From the UHGV virus genome UHGV-0036031: DNA of 63,725 nucleotides; one strand, written 5' to 3'. Positions 54,279 through 63,215 of the stretch are shown in pieces; within the stretch, counting starts at the first letter, position 1, and every line of letters begins with the position of its first letter. Below the pieces are notes generated by a model that was not told where the DNA came from, searched no databases, and saw only the letters and a list, made by a program, of their open reading frames with translations. Position numbers and translations under genes: made by a program. The stretch is from a virus.

Positions 54279-55647
54279 GGTAGTGCTCCGTGTTGGTGTT
54301 CACGGGTAACGAAGGCGAAAAGGGCTGCGCCGCCAACGGGCCTATCCTCTGGGTGGACAACTCAAAAGGCAGCTCCACGGTCCCTATCGGTCCCACCTTG
54401 TTCTTGGCAATGTAGCACCGCATGGCCTGTTCACCCTTGCCCCTGCCAAGGAGCACGATGATGTCTGCGTCCGCCTCTATCTGGCCGCTCTCGCGGAGGT
54501 CGCTCATCAGGGGTGCTTCATCGGCGCCATCGCGGCGTTTGAGCTGGGAAAGTTCGATGATGCGCACATCCGTCGCCTTGGCTGCTGTCTTGAGGGCGCG
54601 GGATATGCTGTTCATGCGCTCCACCGGGCTGTCGCCGACACCCTCGATGCACTGGAGGTAGTCAATGGCGATCACCTTCATGCCTTGGCGCTTGACGGCC
54701 TTCGCCACAAGGCCGCTGACCTGCACCGACCGCAGGCTGTCCATGTCCATGACCATCAGGTTGGCCAGCCACCCCCCATTGGTCTGGGTGGCCATGGCAA
54801 GGCGCTCCCGCTCCTCATCGGTCATCGTGTTGTAGGTGATGCGTTCCACGTCTATGCCGGTGAGGATGCCCCCGACCTTGGCCATGAGCTGCGTGGCCGT
54901 CATTTCGAGGGATATGAACAACACCTTATGGCCTGCGCGTGCCATGTTCATCAGTCCATTGATGATGAAGGTGGTCTTGCCCACGGAGGGGCGGGCACCG
55001 ACCGCCACCACGCACTTCGGTCCCATGCGGACATGCTCGTCCAGGATGCCCATGTCCAGGGTAAGATATTCCGGCTGCACAAGGTCATCGGCCATGGCCG
55101 AAAGGATGGATGCCGCCGTATCGGGATCCTTGCCGGTGGGGATGGCATTGACCTCGGCCATCATCGCATTCGCTTGGTCAAGGGTATCGAACACGTCCTC
55201 TGTCTCATCGAGCGTGACAAGGCGATGGCCCATGTTGATGAGGCTGCGCTGGATGAACTTCTGCTGGATGATGCGGGCATGGTGCTCCGCATTGGCGGGT
55301 GAGGCCACCTTGTTGGCGAGTTGGCTGATGTAGAAGGGACCGCCGATGATCTCCAGGGTGCCCGCATCCTTGGCCTTCTGGACCACGGTGAGCAGGTCCA
55401 CGGGGGCACCTTCATCAACCAGCGAGGTGACGACCCTCCACAATTCGATGTTCGCCGTCACGTAGAAGTGTTCCGGGCGAAGGATGGCGGAAAGGCTGCG
55501 GGCCGTCTCCGCGTCGATCATGGCGGCACATATCACGGCCTGCTCCAAGTCAGGAGCCTGTGGCGGCACCCTGCCAAGGTCGCCGTTCCTGTGGACAAGG
55601 CTGATATTCCGCTTCTCCGGTCTCATCGTCCTGTCGGGGTGTTCCAC
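54259..55647 (-). CDS. dnaB: Replicative DNA helicase (DnaB family); likely start 55626
   Basis: An N-terminal DnaB-N-like helical region. 'GARPSVGKTTFIINGLM' (Walker A), 'VIAIDYLQ' (Walker B) and 'SQLKR' (the RecA-fold arginine finger region). The ATG at 55626 forms an ATGA overlap with the upstream gene stop. Confidence 0.85.
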   Translation of the reverse strand: MEHPDRTMRPEKRNISLVHRNGDLGRVPPQAPDLEQAVICAAMIDAETARSLSAILRPEHFYVTANIELWRVVTSLVDEGAPVDLLTVVQKAKDAGTLEIIGGPFYISQLANKVASPANAEHHARIIQQKFIQRSLINMGHRLVTLDETEDVFDTLDQANAMMAEVNAIPTGKDPDTAASILSAMADDLVQPEYLTLDMGILDEHVRMGPKCVVAVGARPSVGKTTFIINGLMNMARAGHKVLFISLEMTATQLMAKVGGILTGIDVERITYNTMTDEERERLAMATQTNGGWLANLMVMDMDSLRSVQVSGLVAKAVKRQGMKVIAIDYLQCIEGVGDSPVERMNSISRALKTAAKATDVRIIELSQLKRRDGADEAPLMSDLRESGQIEADADIIVLLGRGKGEQAMRCYIAKNKVGPIGTVELPFELSTQRIGPLAAQPFSPSLPVNTNTEHYHEDNPF

Positions 55648-56528
55648 ACTGCCTTGAGGTTGTTCAGGTCAATGGGCGCTACGGCCGGGGTCTTGTTATG
55701 TCCGTTCTGCGAGGGCCTTGGCTCCACGGGGAACCTCCACCCCTTTGCTTCAGCCTCTGTCAGATGGTCCACACACTCTTGGCCGGAGCTGTACATCTTG
55801 CCCAGCATGGTGATCGCCGCCTGCTCGCTCTGAAGGGTCTTGTACTTGAGCTTGTGGGTGATGCGCCGGTACTCCTTGAAGCGTTCCCATGCCTGCTTGG
55901 TCTGCGGTCCCGCCCACTTGGGCCATTGGATCTCGATGTCAGGTGTCTTGGATTGGCCCGTTTTCGCCTCCCCCTTTTCGATTTGCGTGGCTTTTGGGGG
56001 TCGGGCGGTACTTGGATACCCCTCGTGGCGTTTCGTGGCTTCTGAGGCTTGAATGTCGCTGAAGGTCGATCCTTTCCCCATACCCCTATCCTTGCCTTCA
56101 ACTGCATCTTCTACTTCATCTTCATCTACAACTCTATCTTCATCTTCTACGCGCGGGCTTTTTTTGGGTATTGTTTGGGTTAACCCAGAAGAAAGGCTTG
56201 GGTTTTCGGCCTTGCTGGACGTGGCTTTCGGACGGCCTCCCTTCCTGCCATTTTCCCGTTGACGCTCCAAGAAAAGTGCCCTTTCAGCCCTGTATTCCTC
56301 CATCCATGGGAGGCTCAAAAGACCATCTTTCTCGGTGAACAGAAACCCAACCCTATCCCAACCCAAACCCACTACTAACCCAAGCTTAACCCGGTCGGTT
56401 GGTCCGTTCTTCCATAGGTACATCATCGCCTTGGTCCAGGCCCCGATTGCCTCGTTATCCCCGTAGATGGGCATGAGGTCAACGAGCCTGTCAGCAACGT
56501 AAAACTGAAAAGCTGGAGGTCGGCTCAT
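55623..56528 (-). CDS. Replication-associated protein (DUF1376/YdaU-like N-terminus, putative)
   Basis: 301 aa. The N-terminal 'FQFYVADRLVDLMPIYGDNEAIGAWTKAMMYLWKNGP' resembles the YdaU/DUF1376 family. A low-complexity acidic linker and a basic C-terminus. Immediately upstream of dnaB. Confidence 0.4.
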   Translation of the reverse strand: MSRPPAFQFYVADRLVDLMPIYGDNEAIGAWTKAMMYLWKNGPTDRVKLGLVVGLGWDRVGFLFTEKDGLLSLPWMEEYRAERALFLERQRENGRKGGRPKATSSKAENPSLSSGLTQTIPKKSPRVEDEDRVVDEDEVEDAVEGKDRGMGKGSTFSDIQASEATKRHEGYPSTARPPKATQIEKGEAKTGQSKTPDIEIQWPKWAGPQTKQAWERFKEYRRITHKLKYKTLQSEQAAITMLGKMYSSGQECVDHLTEAEAKGWRFPVEPRPSQNGHNKTPAVAPIDLNNLKAVWNTPTGR

Positions 56529-56651
56529 GGCCGTAAAAGATCATGCCCCCTCACCAAGCCGCACACCGGGATGTGTCTCGCAGCCGTGGCGACGGCAAGG
56601 TTTGGGGGCAGGTTAGGATCTTTCATAGACTGCGAGACAGTGCAAGTATAA

Positions 56652-56969
56652 CTACTTCCTCCGCTTCCTAGTGGTCTTCTTTTCAACAGGGGCCGTTTCG
56701 CCGGTAACTTCAAAGAGCATGACACCCAGCAAGGTCTCCATCTTGGCGATCAACCCCAAGTCCCACTTGTCGCCCTTGTCAATCAGGGCGCGGGCGATGC
56801 GTTGGCCCATGTTATACGCCATCTGCTCCATCATCACCTTGTGCCGCCAGCGGTCCAGGTTCTCCAGCTTCTGTTTCAGCACCTCGATGTCCAAGGCCAT
56901 CCGCGCCGTGTCTATGTCCAGTTCCGCCGCTTTGATGCCCTTGGCGGTGGGCTTCCTTGTCTTGCTCAT
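56652..56969 (-). CDS. Hypothetical protein
   Basis: 105 aa, basic ends and a coiled-coil centre. Confidence 0.4.
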   Translation of the reverse strand: MSKTRKPTAKGIKAAELDIDTARMALDIEVLKQKLENLDRWRHKVMMEQMAYNMGQRIARALIDKGDKWDLGLIAKMETLLGVMLFEVTGETAPVEKKTTRKRRK

Positions 56970-56985
56970 CGGTCGTTGGTGTTGG

Positions 56986-57261
56986 TTACCTTCTCTTATC
57001 CTTGACCTTCACCCTGCGTTGCCGCTTGTCGCTGACGGCCTCCAGGAACGTGCGGTACACCTTTGCGTGCGGCACCTTGCGGATGCGCCCTTGCCGGTCC
57101 TTTACCGTCACGTGGTCCTTGGTTTGGGCCTGCACGGTCACGGCCTTGTAGGCTGTCGGGGTGGTTATCCAGCGTTCAACGGGCATCGGGGTCGGCAACT
57201 TCAGGTACATCATTGAAGGAAAGTTCCGGCTCCTTATCATCAGCAAAGCGTTGATGAACAT
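56986..57261 (-). CDS. Hypothetical basic protein, or out-of-frame continuation of the P-loop ORF
   Basis: 91 aa, overlaps the 3' 86 nt of ORF 57176..57643 in another frame. Confidence 0.25.
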   Translation of the reverse strand: MFINALLMIRSRNFPSMMYLKLPTPMPVERWITTPTAYKAVTVQAQTKDHVTVKDRQGRIRKVPHAKVYRTFLEAVSDKRQRRVKVKDKRR

Positions 57262-57643
57262 CCTTTAGGTTCATGATCGCCTGCTTGTAGTAGCTCTCCT
57301 TCAATTCGATGCCGAACTTCGATGCCTCGGAAAGGAACTGGAATGCAACCGCCAACGGCGTCAGGACTAGCACCGGCTTCCCCGTGTACTTCCTGTAATT
57401 CACGGCTGTGGTAAGTTCTATGATCGTCTTGCCCAGCCCGGTGTCAAGGAACACGGCGCACCTGCCCCGCCGGATGGCGTATTCAGATACGAACTGCTGA
57501 AAGTCAAACAACCCGTCAGGCATCCATGTCGGATCAATGCCATGGTCCGCGGCCTTGTGCGTCTTGCTGTTGATGAAGTCGTTGTAGTTCATTGTCCTTT
57601 CCCGTTCTTGTACTTGATCTTGATCTTCCGTGCGGCGATCCAC
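57176..57643 (-). CDS. P-loop NTPase, helicase N-terminal-domain-like (short or truncated)
   Basis: 155 aa. 'FDFQQFVSEYAIRRGRCAVFLDTGLGKT' is the Q-motif/motif I pattern of SF2 helicases. No downstream DExH motif in this frame. Confidence 0.45.
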   Translation of the reverse strand: MDRRTEDQDQVQERERTMNYNDFINSKTHKAADHGIDPTWMPDGLFDFQQFVSEYAIRRGRCAVFLDTGLGKTIIELTTAVNYRKYTGKPVLVLTPLAVAFQFLSEASKFGIELKESYYKQAIMNLKDVHQRFADDKEPELSFNDVPEVADPDAR

Positions 57644-57966
57644 TCCTGGGCCTCGTGCTTGAGCACCAGCATGGCTCTGTCGTAGTCATGGCGGAAGGCG
57701 CCGCTGCTTTGCCACAGGCCAATGAACCAGTCCGTGAGCTGGCTGACACTGTAGGTTGTGACGCCTATTGACCCACGTATCTCGTTCCACCGCAGGCCGC
57801 AGGCGAAAAGCACCCCCACCATCATGGCAAGGCGCCTATCCTCGTGCAGGTCCATGTCCTCCACGATGGCCTTGCCCTTCATCGCGAGGTGCTTGGTCAG
57901 CGCATCCACGGCATGGCCGGGGAGCGTGTACGTCAAAAGCGGATGTGTGCGTGCCGTGGTCGTCAT
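57589..57966 (-). CDS. Hypothetical protein
   Basis: 125 aa. Confidence 0.3.
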   Translation of the reverse strand: MTTTARTHPLLTYTLPGHAVDALTKHLAMKGKAIVEDMDLHEDRRLAMMVGVLFACGLRWNEIRGSIGVTTYSVSQLTDWFIGLWQSSGAFRHDYDRAMLVLKHEAQEWIAARKIKIKYKNGKGQ

Positions 57967-58175
57967 TTCTGATCGAGGATATTGTTGACGGAGCCCGTGC
58001 GCTCCACGTCCTGGAGCCTGTACATCGTGGGCCGCGCCTTGCCGTCCGGCATGATCTCAATGCAGGTGACGTGGCCCTTGGCATGGTCGGCCCCCGTGAC
58101 CACTAGCAGGCGGTCATGGGGCGCGTTCCTTCGGCGAAGCGTGTCGCCGCTGCGGATGGTGGTGGGCATGGTCAT
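57963..58175 (-). CDS. Hypothetical protein
   Basis: 70 aa. Confidence 0.3.
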   Translation of the reverse strand: MTMPTTIRSGDTLRRRNAPHDRLLVVTGADHAKGHVTCIEIMPDGKARPTMYRLQDVERTGSVNNILDQK

Positions 58176-58211
58176 ACTTCAAGGGTTTTGGCGAAGTCCA
58201 CAAGCGCCTCG

Positions 58212-58517
58212 TTATGGGCAAGCCGGAAAAGAGTACCAGTAGCCATATCTGTCCCTTGGGTGCCCATGCTTTACCAGTAGCCCGAGATCAGCCATTCTTG
58301 AACACCACCGCTTGAACCCTTGGCTGTGAGGGAAAATGTCGCCAGGAAAGAAATGGTCAGCTTTACCCATGGCCTCCCGGACCTTTTCGAGAGAGTAAGA
58401 TGGCCTGCCCATAACAGCAGGCTTGCCAACAGCCCCACCGTCTTCGGTTGACTGCTTATCGTTTGAAGTGTCGCTCATCGTCTTGTAGTTAAGTTGTTCG
58501 TGCGGGGCCATCGTCAA
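58212..58517 (-). CDS. Hypothetical protein
   Basis: 101 aa. Confidence 0.35.
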   Translation of the reverse strand: MTMAPHEQLNYKTMSDTSNDKQSTEDGGAVGKPAVMGRPSYSLEKVREAMGKADHFFPGDIFPHSQGFKRWCSRMADLGLLVKHGHPRDRYGYWYSFPACP

Positions 58518-58945
58518 GCCTGCGGCCCGTTGTTGTACTCGCCCGCCGTCAATTTGAGGATTTCGTCAATGGTGTACTTGCGGTCTTTGTCAATGCCCTT
58601 GGCTGCCACGAATGCCTTGCATCCTGCTGCGCACGCGCCAGTCACAGACCTGTACAGGTTGATGCTGGTGGTAAAGTCAATCTTATCGGACCGCTTCAGC
58701 GACCGGAACTCATCGACCGACCGCTTTGCGGACTTGAACAACAGGTCATACTTGGCCTCGGCCTCGGCCTCTTCCTCCTGCTTCTTGGCAAGGTAGGCTT
58801 CGCCGTCCTTGTCGTCCAGGCTGTTGATGGTATAGGTGAGGTATTCCTCCAGTCTCGCGATCTTGGCGGCGACCGGATTGAATGCCGCGATGTCCGCCCC
58901 TATCCGTTCGTTCACGGCGTTCGTGTTGACAACTTGTGCTTCCAT
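58514..58945 (-). CDS. Hypothetical protein
   Basis: 143 aa, coiled-coil-rich. Confidence 0.4.
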   Translation of the reverse strand: MEAQVVNTNAVNERIGADIAAFNPVAAKIARLEEYLTYTINSLDDKDGEAYLAKKQEEEAEAEAKYDLLFKSAKRSVDEFRSLKRSDKIDFTTSINLYRSVTGACAAGCKAFVAAKGIDKDRKYTIDEILKLTAGEYNNGPQA

Positions 58946-58954
58946 GTGTGTTGG

Positions 58955-59746
58955 TTATTGGTTCAACAATGCCTTGATCTTGTGCATGATGTTCACACAC
59001 TCCGCCTCGCACCGCTCCAGCTTATCCGTTATCTGCTTGGCGATCTCATCGGTGAGCGTGAACGTCTTGGCGGCGTAGTAGTAGCCATCGCTGGCGTAGG
59101 TGTAGCTCCATGGGTAGATGCTCTCCTGTGAGTATTGCTCCGCCCGTTGGTCGATCAGTGTCTGCGCTTCATGTAGTTCGTCATGGTCCAGTTTGTACAC
59201 CGGCAGGCGGTCAGTGAAGTAGACCAGGTGCGCGGTGCCGCACCCGGTGGTGAGGGCCTGCACCATGATCTGCCATGCGTACATGGTGTCCCAGCCCAAC
59301 AAGGTGTCGAAGTCCCCGTCGATAACCTCGTCGGCGAAGCGCACCACGTCCACGGGGTTCGCAGGGCATTTGAGGTCCATAGTGGCTTTCCCGTTGTCCA
59401 CCAGTGCGTCGGGCGTGCTGCCGAGGTTGTCGCCGTAGGCTTGCCACGTGCAGGGGTCGCACTGCCTCCATACTTTGTTGAGGATGTGGAGCGCGGCGGG
59501 TTCCAAAAGCAGGCCACGGCGGGCGGCGAAGCCCTTGTCCTCCCCGTCGTCCATGGGCACGCCCGTAAGGCGTTCGACGGCCTTGGCGGTGATGTAGGCC
59601 ATGGCCACGGCACCGCACTTCCCGGCATCCCTGTCGGCCTTGCTGCGCGGCTGGGTCATCAACGCGCCGAAGCGCGAGGCGGTGAATCTGCCGATGCGGG
59701 TGCCGTGCCACGCTGCGCGGTCCTGCTGGGTGGGCGCGGCGATCAT
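58955..59746 (-). CDS. YqaJ-like (lambda-exonuclease-fold) recombination exonuclease
   Basis: 263 aa. N-terminal 'GTRIGRFTASRFGALM' is the YqaJ signature. '...PDALV...MDLKCP...' is the PD-(D/E)xK core. Adjacent to the RecT-like gene. Confidence 0.65.
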   Translation of the reverse strand: MIAAPTQQDRAAWHGTRIGRFTASRFGALMTQPRSKADRDAGKCGAVAMAYITAKAVERLTGVPMDDGEDKGFAARRGLLLEPAALHILNKVWRQCDPCTWQAYGDNLGSTPDALVDNGKATMDLKCPANPVDVVRFADEVIDGDFDTLLGWDTMYAWQIMVQALTTGCGTAHLVYFTDRLPVYKLDHDELHEAQTLIDQRAEQYSQESIYPWSYTYASDGYYYAAKTFTLTDEIAKQITDKLERCEAECVNIMHKIKALLNQ

Positions 59747-60672
59747 TGGGCGAAGGCTTTGATCTCCTCAACCTGGTCGGCGGCCAGCGTGGGCCACTGC
59801 TTCTGGATCTCCTCGACGGTGGTGTTGCCGCTGACGATCTCCTGCATGGCCTGCTGCATCTGCTTGGGCGACCAGCGAACGGTGGTCGGTGCCGCCGTCA
59901 CCCTGAACCAGTCGGCGGGCTTGCTGATGCCGTCCTTCAGGCTGTTGCCGATCTTGGTCAGGCCCACGTACAGGGCCGGCGTGATGCTGTCCATGGGCCG
60001 CTGAATGCGCTCTTCGAGCATTTCCTTCGTAACCCCAAGCGCATCGAACGCCTCCACCAGCTTCGCCACCTTCTTTTCGCTAAGGTCCACATTGACCGCC
60101 AACGTTCGCTGGCACTCCTCCACGGCCTCCTCCACCACGTCCCCGGGGATGATCCCAAGGATGCAGGCACGGAGGCGGCGGGCGCCGTTGTTGGCGGCCA
60201 GCTCGTAGATGTCGCGAGGGTCGTTGAGTTTCTTTACGCCGCTGCGCGTGTGCCTCTCGTGCTTCACCTGGAATGTCTTCTCCTGCCGCGCGTTCGTCTC
60301 CAAGTCCCATGCGTACGCCTGCATCGTGCTCTCCCCATTGGCTTGGCTCAGCTCACGGATTCCGAACTGGATGTTGCCCCATGCTTGCGCGATCGCTTCG
60401 GCAAGTCGGATGGATGGCCCGGTCACGTCCGACCCTCCTCTCGCATATGTATACATGGCCACCTCGGCTAGGGCCGGGCGCTGGCAGGCCATCTTGATCC
60501 GGTTAATCGCCAGCACCGGGTCGCGGGGGAACTGCCGCGCCATGATCACCGCAGCTTGCACTTCGGCGATGCTGCGCTGCTGCTCAACGGCCACTACGCC
60601 ATTGGGCGAGGGGCGGCCTTGCGCTGCCGCGTATTCGGCGGCGGGGTCGATGGAAAGTTGTTCGTTTCTCAT
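59743..60672 (-). CDS. recT: RecT-family single-strand annealing protein
   Basis: 309 aa. Paired with, and translationally overlapping, the YqaJ exonuclease. Its profile fits RecT/Red-beta-like annealing proteins. Confidence 0.6.
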   Translation of the reverse strand: MRNEQLSIDPAAEYAAAQGRPSPNGVVAVEQQRSIAEVQAAVIMARQFPRDPVLAINRIKMACQRPALAEVAMYTYARGGSDVTGPSIRLAEAIAQAWGNIQFGIRELSQANGESTMQAYAWDLETNARQEKTFQVKHERHTRSGVKKLNDPRDIYELAANNGARRLRACILGIIPGDVVEEAVEECQRTLAVNVDLSEKKVAKLVEAFDALGVTKEMLEERIQRPMDSITPALYVGLTKIGNSLKDGISKPADWFRVTAAPTTVRWSPKQMQQAMQEIVSGNTTVEEIQKQWPTLAADQVEEIKAFAQ

Positions 60673-60699
60673 TTGTTCGGGGTTTGTGTTGGTTGTTAG

Positions 60700-60963
60700 T
60701 CAAGGGTCGGGCGAGCGATCGGCCTTGCCGGTCCATTCCAGCACGTCACGGCGCAGCATGATGATGCTTGCGGCCAGTTCGGTGATCGCCGTCCGCGCGT
60801 CCTTCATCCGCGATTGCAGGTCGGACAGGTAGGTGCTGCCGATGCCCTCTTCCTCGCGTTGGTCGGCCGCGAAGGCTTCGGCCTCCGCCCGCAGGTACGC
60901 TTTCGGTGGTACCTCCCCTTCCAGCACGGCGATCAGCGCGGTGAGCAGTTCCTTGTCGCTCAT
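60700..60963 (-). CDS. Hypothetical protein
   Basis: 87 aa. Confidence 0.35.
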   Translation of the reverse strand: MSDKELLTALIAVLEGEVPPKAYLRAEAEAFAADQREEEGIGSTYLSDLQSRMKDARTAITELAASIIMLRRDVLEWTGKADRSPDP

Positions 60964-61244
60964 TGGGCGTCGGTGTTTAGTAGGTTACGTATCTCATCGA
61001 GGGCCGTGTCGGGGCCGATGCCCTTGGCCTTGAGCAGGGCGTCCTGCTGGTGGTCGCGCAAGTCCTCGATGGCCTTCTGCACGGCGTCAAGGCGGATATG
61101 GTAGAGTGTGCGTGCCGCAAGCCTGCACTCCGGGGGCAGGGCATCGATGCGCTCACCCATGAAGCGGTGGTCCGTGGCTGCCTCGTGAAGCCGGGGGAGT
61201 AGTTGCATGACATGCTCCCGGTCGTTGATGTGGTTGGTGTCCAT
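60960..61244 (-). CDS. Hypothetical protein
   Basis: 94 aa. Confidence 0.35.
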   Translation of the reverse strand: MDTNHINDREHVMQLLPRLHEAATDHRFMGERIDALPPECRLAARTLYHIRLDAVQKAIEDLRDHQQDALLKAKGIGPDTALDEIRNLLNTDAQ

Positions 61245-61266
61245 GTGTCGGGCGTTGGTGTTTGGA

Positions 61267-61689
61267 TTATTCGATCTCGTAGGCCACTTCCGTGGAAACC
61301 TTCCAGCCTTGGCGCTTCAGGGCGTCCACGGGCACGGCCTCCAATGCGCGGGCGGTGATGCGCCTGTCCTCGGTGCTCTCGCGGCTGTAGTCGTAGCTGC
61401 CGGTCCAGGACAACACGAGGCGGACGACGCCGCGCCATGAGCACTTGCGCTTCAGCCACCCCGTAGAGGCCACGGCCACGTCGCAGTCGAAGCCGCTGCA
61501 CGGCTCGTCGAACAGGTTGGACAGTTCCTCAATAACTTCAGCCCTGCTCACCTCACCGCGTTCCTCCGTCTCCTTTTTCAACTCCACGACCACATCACAA
61601 ATGATGGTCACGTCCTCATGCAGGCCGATGGGCTCGGGTGGTGCCGATGCCCCGGTGGGATCGCCGCCTATGTACTGGTTCGTCCTCAT
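61267..61689 (-). CDS. Hypothetical protein
   Basis: 140 aa. Confidence 0.35.
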   Translation of the reverse strand: MRTNQYIGGDPTGASAPPEPIGLHEDVTIICDVVVELKKETEERGEVSRAEVIEELSNLFDEPCSGFDCDVAVASTGWLKRKCSWRGVVRLVLSWTGSYDYSRESTEDRRITARALEAVPVDALKRQGWKVSTEVAYEIE

Positions 61690-61931
61690 TGCTGCGAGCT
61701 GTTTGCAAGTTCAACGCGCTCGGCAACCGCCTCGAGCTTCTCCACCAGTACGCGGTCGGATGAGATCGCCACGCGGCGGCCGTACCATAGGCCGTGGATC
61801 AGCTTCTGCTCGCGGTTGGTCAGGCGCATGCCGTGGGCTAGGCAGGGGTGAACGAAGCCTTGCAGCCCGTATCGGGCGAAAGTCTCCCGCACGGCTGCGA
61901 TGCGGGTGGAGAGCGGTGTGTGGTTGGTCAT
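61686..61931 (-). CDS. Hypothetical protein
   Basis: 81 aa. Confidence 0.35.
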   Translation of the reverse strand: MTNHTPLSTRIAAVRETFARYGLQGFVHPCLAHGMRLTNREQKLIHGLWYGRRVAISSDRVLVEKLEAVAERVELANSSQQ

Positions 61932-61997
61932 TCTTGCTTAGGTCTTGCACCCCGAAACCCCGCCACCTTTCGGCGCGGGGCGGCGGGGTAGGGTAGT

Positions 61998-62020
61998 GTT
62001 CTGCGCCATGCAATTACAAC
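61998..62020 (-). repeat. 3'-terminal fragment of the early-region repeat
   Basis: 'GTTCTGCGCCATGCAATTACAAC', overlapping the stop (62014-62016) of gene 62014..62238. Confidence 0.5.
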
Positions 62021-62238
62021 CCGACCGATGTTGTTACCGCTCCCGCAACGATCGGAGACACCTCGTTCAACTCTTCCACCTCTACGCCTGCGACTTCAGC
62101 ATCGTTACAACATGCCCCGAGCGTAGGTCCATCTTTAATTCCAGTGATGTCGGCAGCGGCGAACATCGCTTGTTTGGGATCGTCAGCCTCTAACCAAACA
62201 TACGCCTCAATCTTAACCTTGGCCAAGTATTTTTTCAT
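62014..62238 (-). CDS. Hypothetical early protein
   Basis: 74 aa. ATG verified. Conserved leader 'GGTCAGTAGGTTGAACAAGTAACACGAACGACG-ATG'. Confidence 0.4.
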   Translation of the reverse strand: MKKYLAKVKIEAYVWLEADDPKQAMFAAADITGIKDGPTLGACCNDAEVAGVEVEELNEVSPIVAGAVTTSVGL

Positions 62239-62280
62239 CGTCGTTCGTGTTACTTGTTCAACCTACTGACCTAATGCCCT

Positions 62281-62378
62281 GAGAAAGCACGGCGCAGAAC
62301 AGGTCAGTTGCCTCCATGCAAATTGCACCGCACGGCGGCAACTGCCCGGACCGTTGGTGGCAATGCGAATGACCACTA
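62281..62378 (-). repeat. Early-region repeat, variant copy with compensatory inner-stem substitutions
   Basis: The left outer arm GAGAAAGCACGGCGCAGAAC is conserved. The inner stem is replaced by CAGTTGCC (62305-62312) and GGCAACTG (62337-62344), an 8-bp perfect inverted repeat. It ends CAATGCGAATGACCACTAC, overlapping the stop (62376-62378). Confidence 0.6.
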
Positions 62379-62771
62379 CTCCCGCACAAAGTCCACGCTC
62401 TCTGAATAGTACCCGTTGCTCGTGCCGTAGAACTTCAGTGTCATGTAGCCCTTGACCGTGGCCAAGCGGTAGAACGTCCAGGTGAAGGTGCCGTATTCCT
62501 TGTCCAATGGGTCGGCAGGCTCGGCCGGTGTTTCGCTCACCTCTTCGGCCAGCGTGATCGGCGAACCAATGATGTCTTCATCGCTGCCCTCCACATCGTC
62601 AAGGCTTACGCTTTCGCAGCAGTCTTGTTGATGTATGAACGCCATGGTTGAGCCATCGGCCAAGTGCAGCCGCATCAACACCTCACCGCCGCCTTTGCGA
62701 TCAATGGCCGTTACCGTTTGGCCTACAAGGGCCTTCAAGTTGTCCTCTGTATTCTGATCATAGTAGCTCAT
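62376..62771 (-). CDS. Hypothetical early protein
   Basis: 131 aa. Start and stop verified against the sequence. Confidence 0.4.
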   Translation of the reverse strand: MSYYDQNTEDNLKALVGQTVTAIDRKGGGEVLMRLHLADGSTMAFIHQQDCCESVSLDDVEGSDEDIIGSPITLAEEVSETPAEPADPLDKEYGTFTWTFYRLATVKGYMTLKFYGTSNGYYSESVDFVRE

Positions 62772-62818
62772 CTGTTACGGGTTCGTTTAGCCGCCCAAGG
62801 CTTACATACCTGAAATCC

Positions 62819-62906
62819 GAAAAGCACCGCCACCAACACACGCTATACGGCACTCGCCAACGCACATCCTCAACACGCGCCGCATAGCTCTGTCCGTTCA
62901 GCGCAC
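62819..62906 (-). repeat. Early-region repeat, subfamily B copy
   Basis: 'GAAAAGCACCGCCACCAACACACGCTATACGGCAC...GCGCCGCATAGCTCTGTCCGTTCAGCGCAC', overlapping the stop (62898-62900) of gene 62898..63215. Confidence 0.6.
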
Positions 62907-63215
62907 CTCGAAGCCGTCGATGTTCATGCCACGGCGCATCGCGAGGCCGGTCAGGTGGCGGCTGTCGCCGATGCCGTACACACGGTGCAGGCTGCCGTTG
63001 GCGTGGGCGGCACGGACCTTGTGAGCGTCCCATTGCCCGTGGATGGTGATGCCATTGACGTGGCAGGCGCCTGCCGCCTTGGAGTAGTTTTCCATGGTGA
63101 AGAGGCAGGCGCCGTTCGTGTAGATGGTCTTGGTGTTCATCGTGTGAGGTGTTTGTTGTTCGTTGGTGAGGCAAATATAAGGGCCCGCAAAGCCTTTGTG
63201 CAGGTCCTTACGCAA
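62898..63215 (-). CDS. First early gene of the minus arm (true start likely ATG 63140, 80 aa)
   Basis: The listed start is TTG. The ATG at 63140 follows '...CCTCACCAACGAACAACAAACACCTCACACG', a variant of the conserved leader box. Confidence 0.4.
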   Translation of the reverse strand: MRKDLHKGFAGPYICLTNEQQTPHTMNTKTIYTNGACLFTMENYSKAAGACHVNGITIHGQWDAHKVRAAHANGSLHRVYGIGDSRHLTGLAMRRGMNIDGFEVR

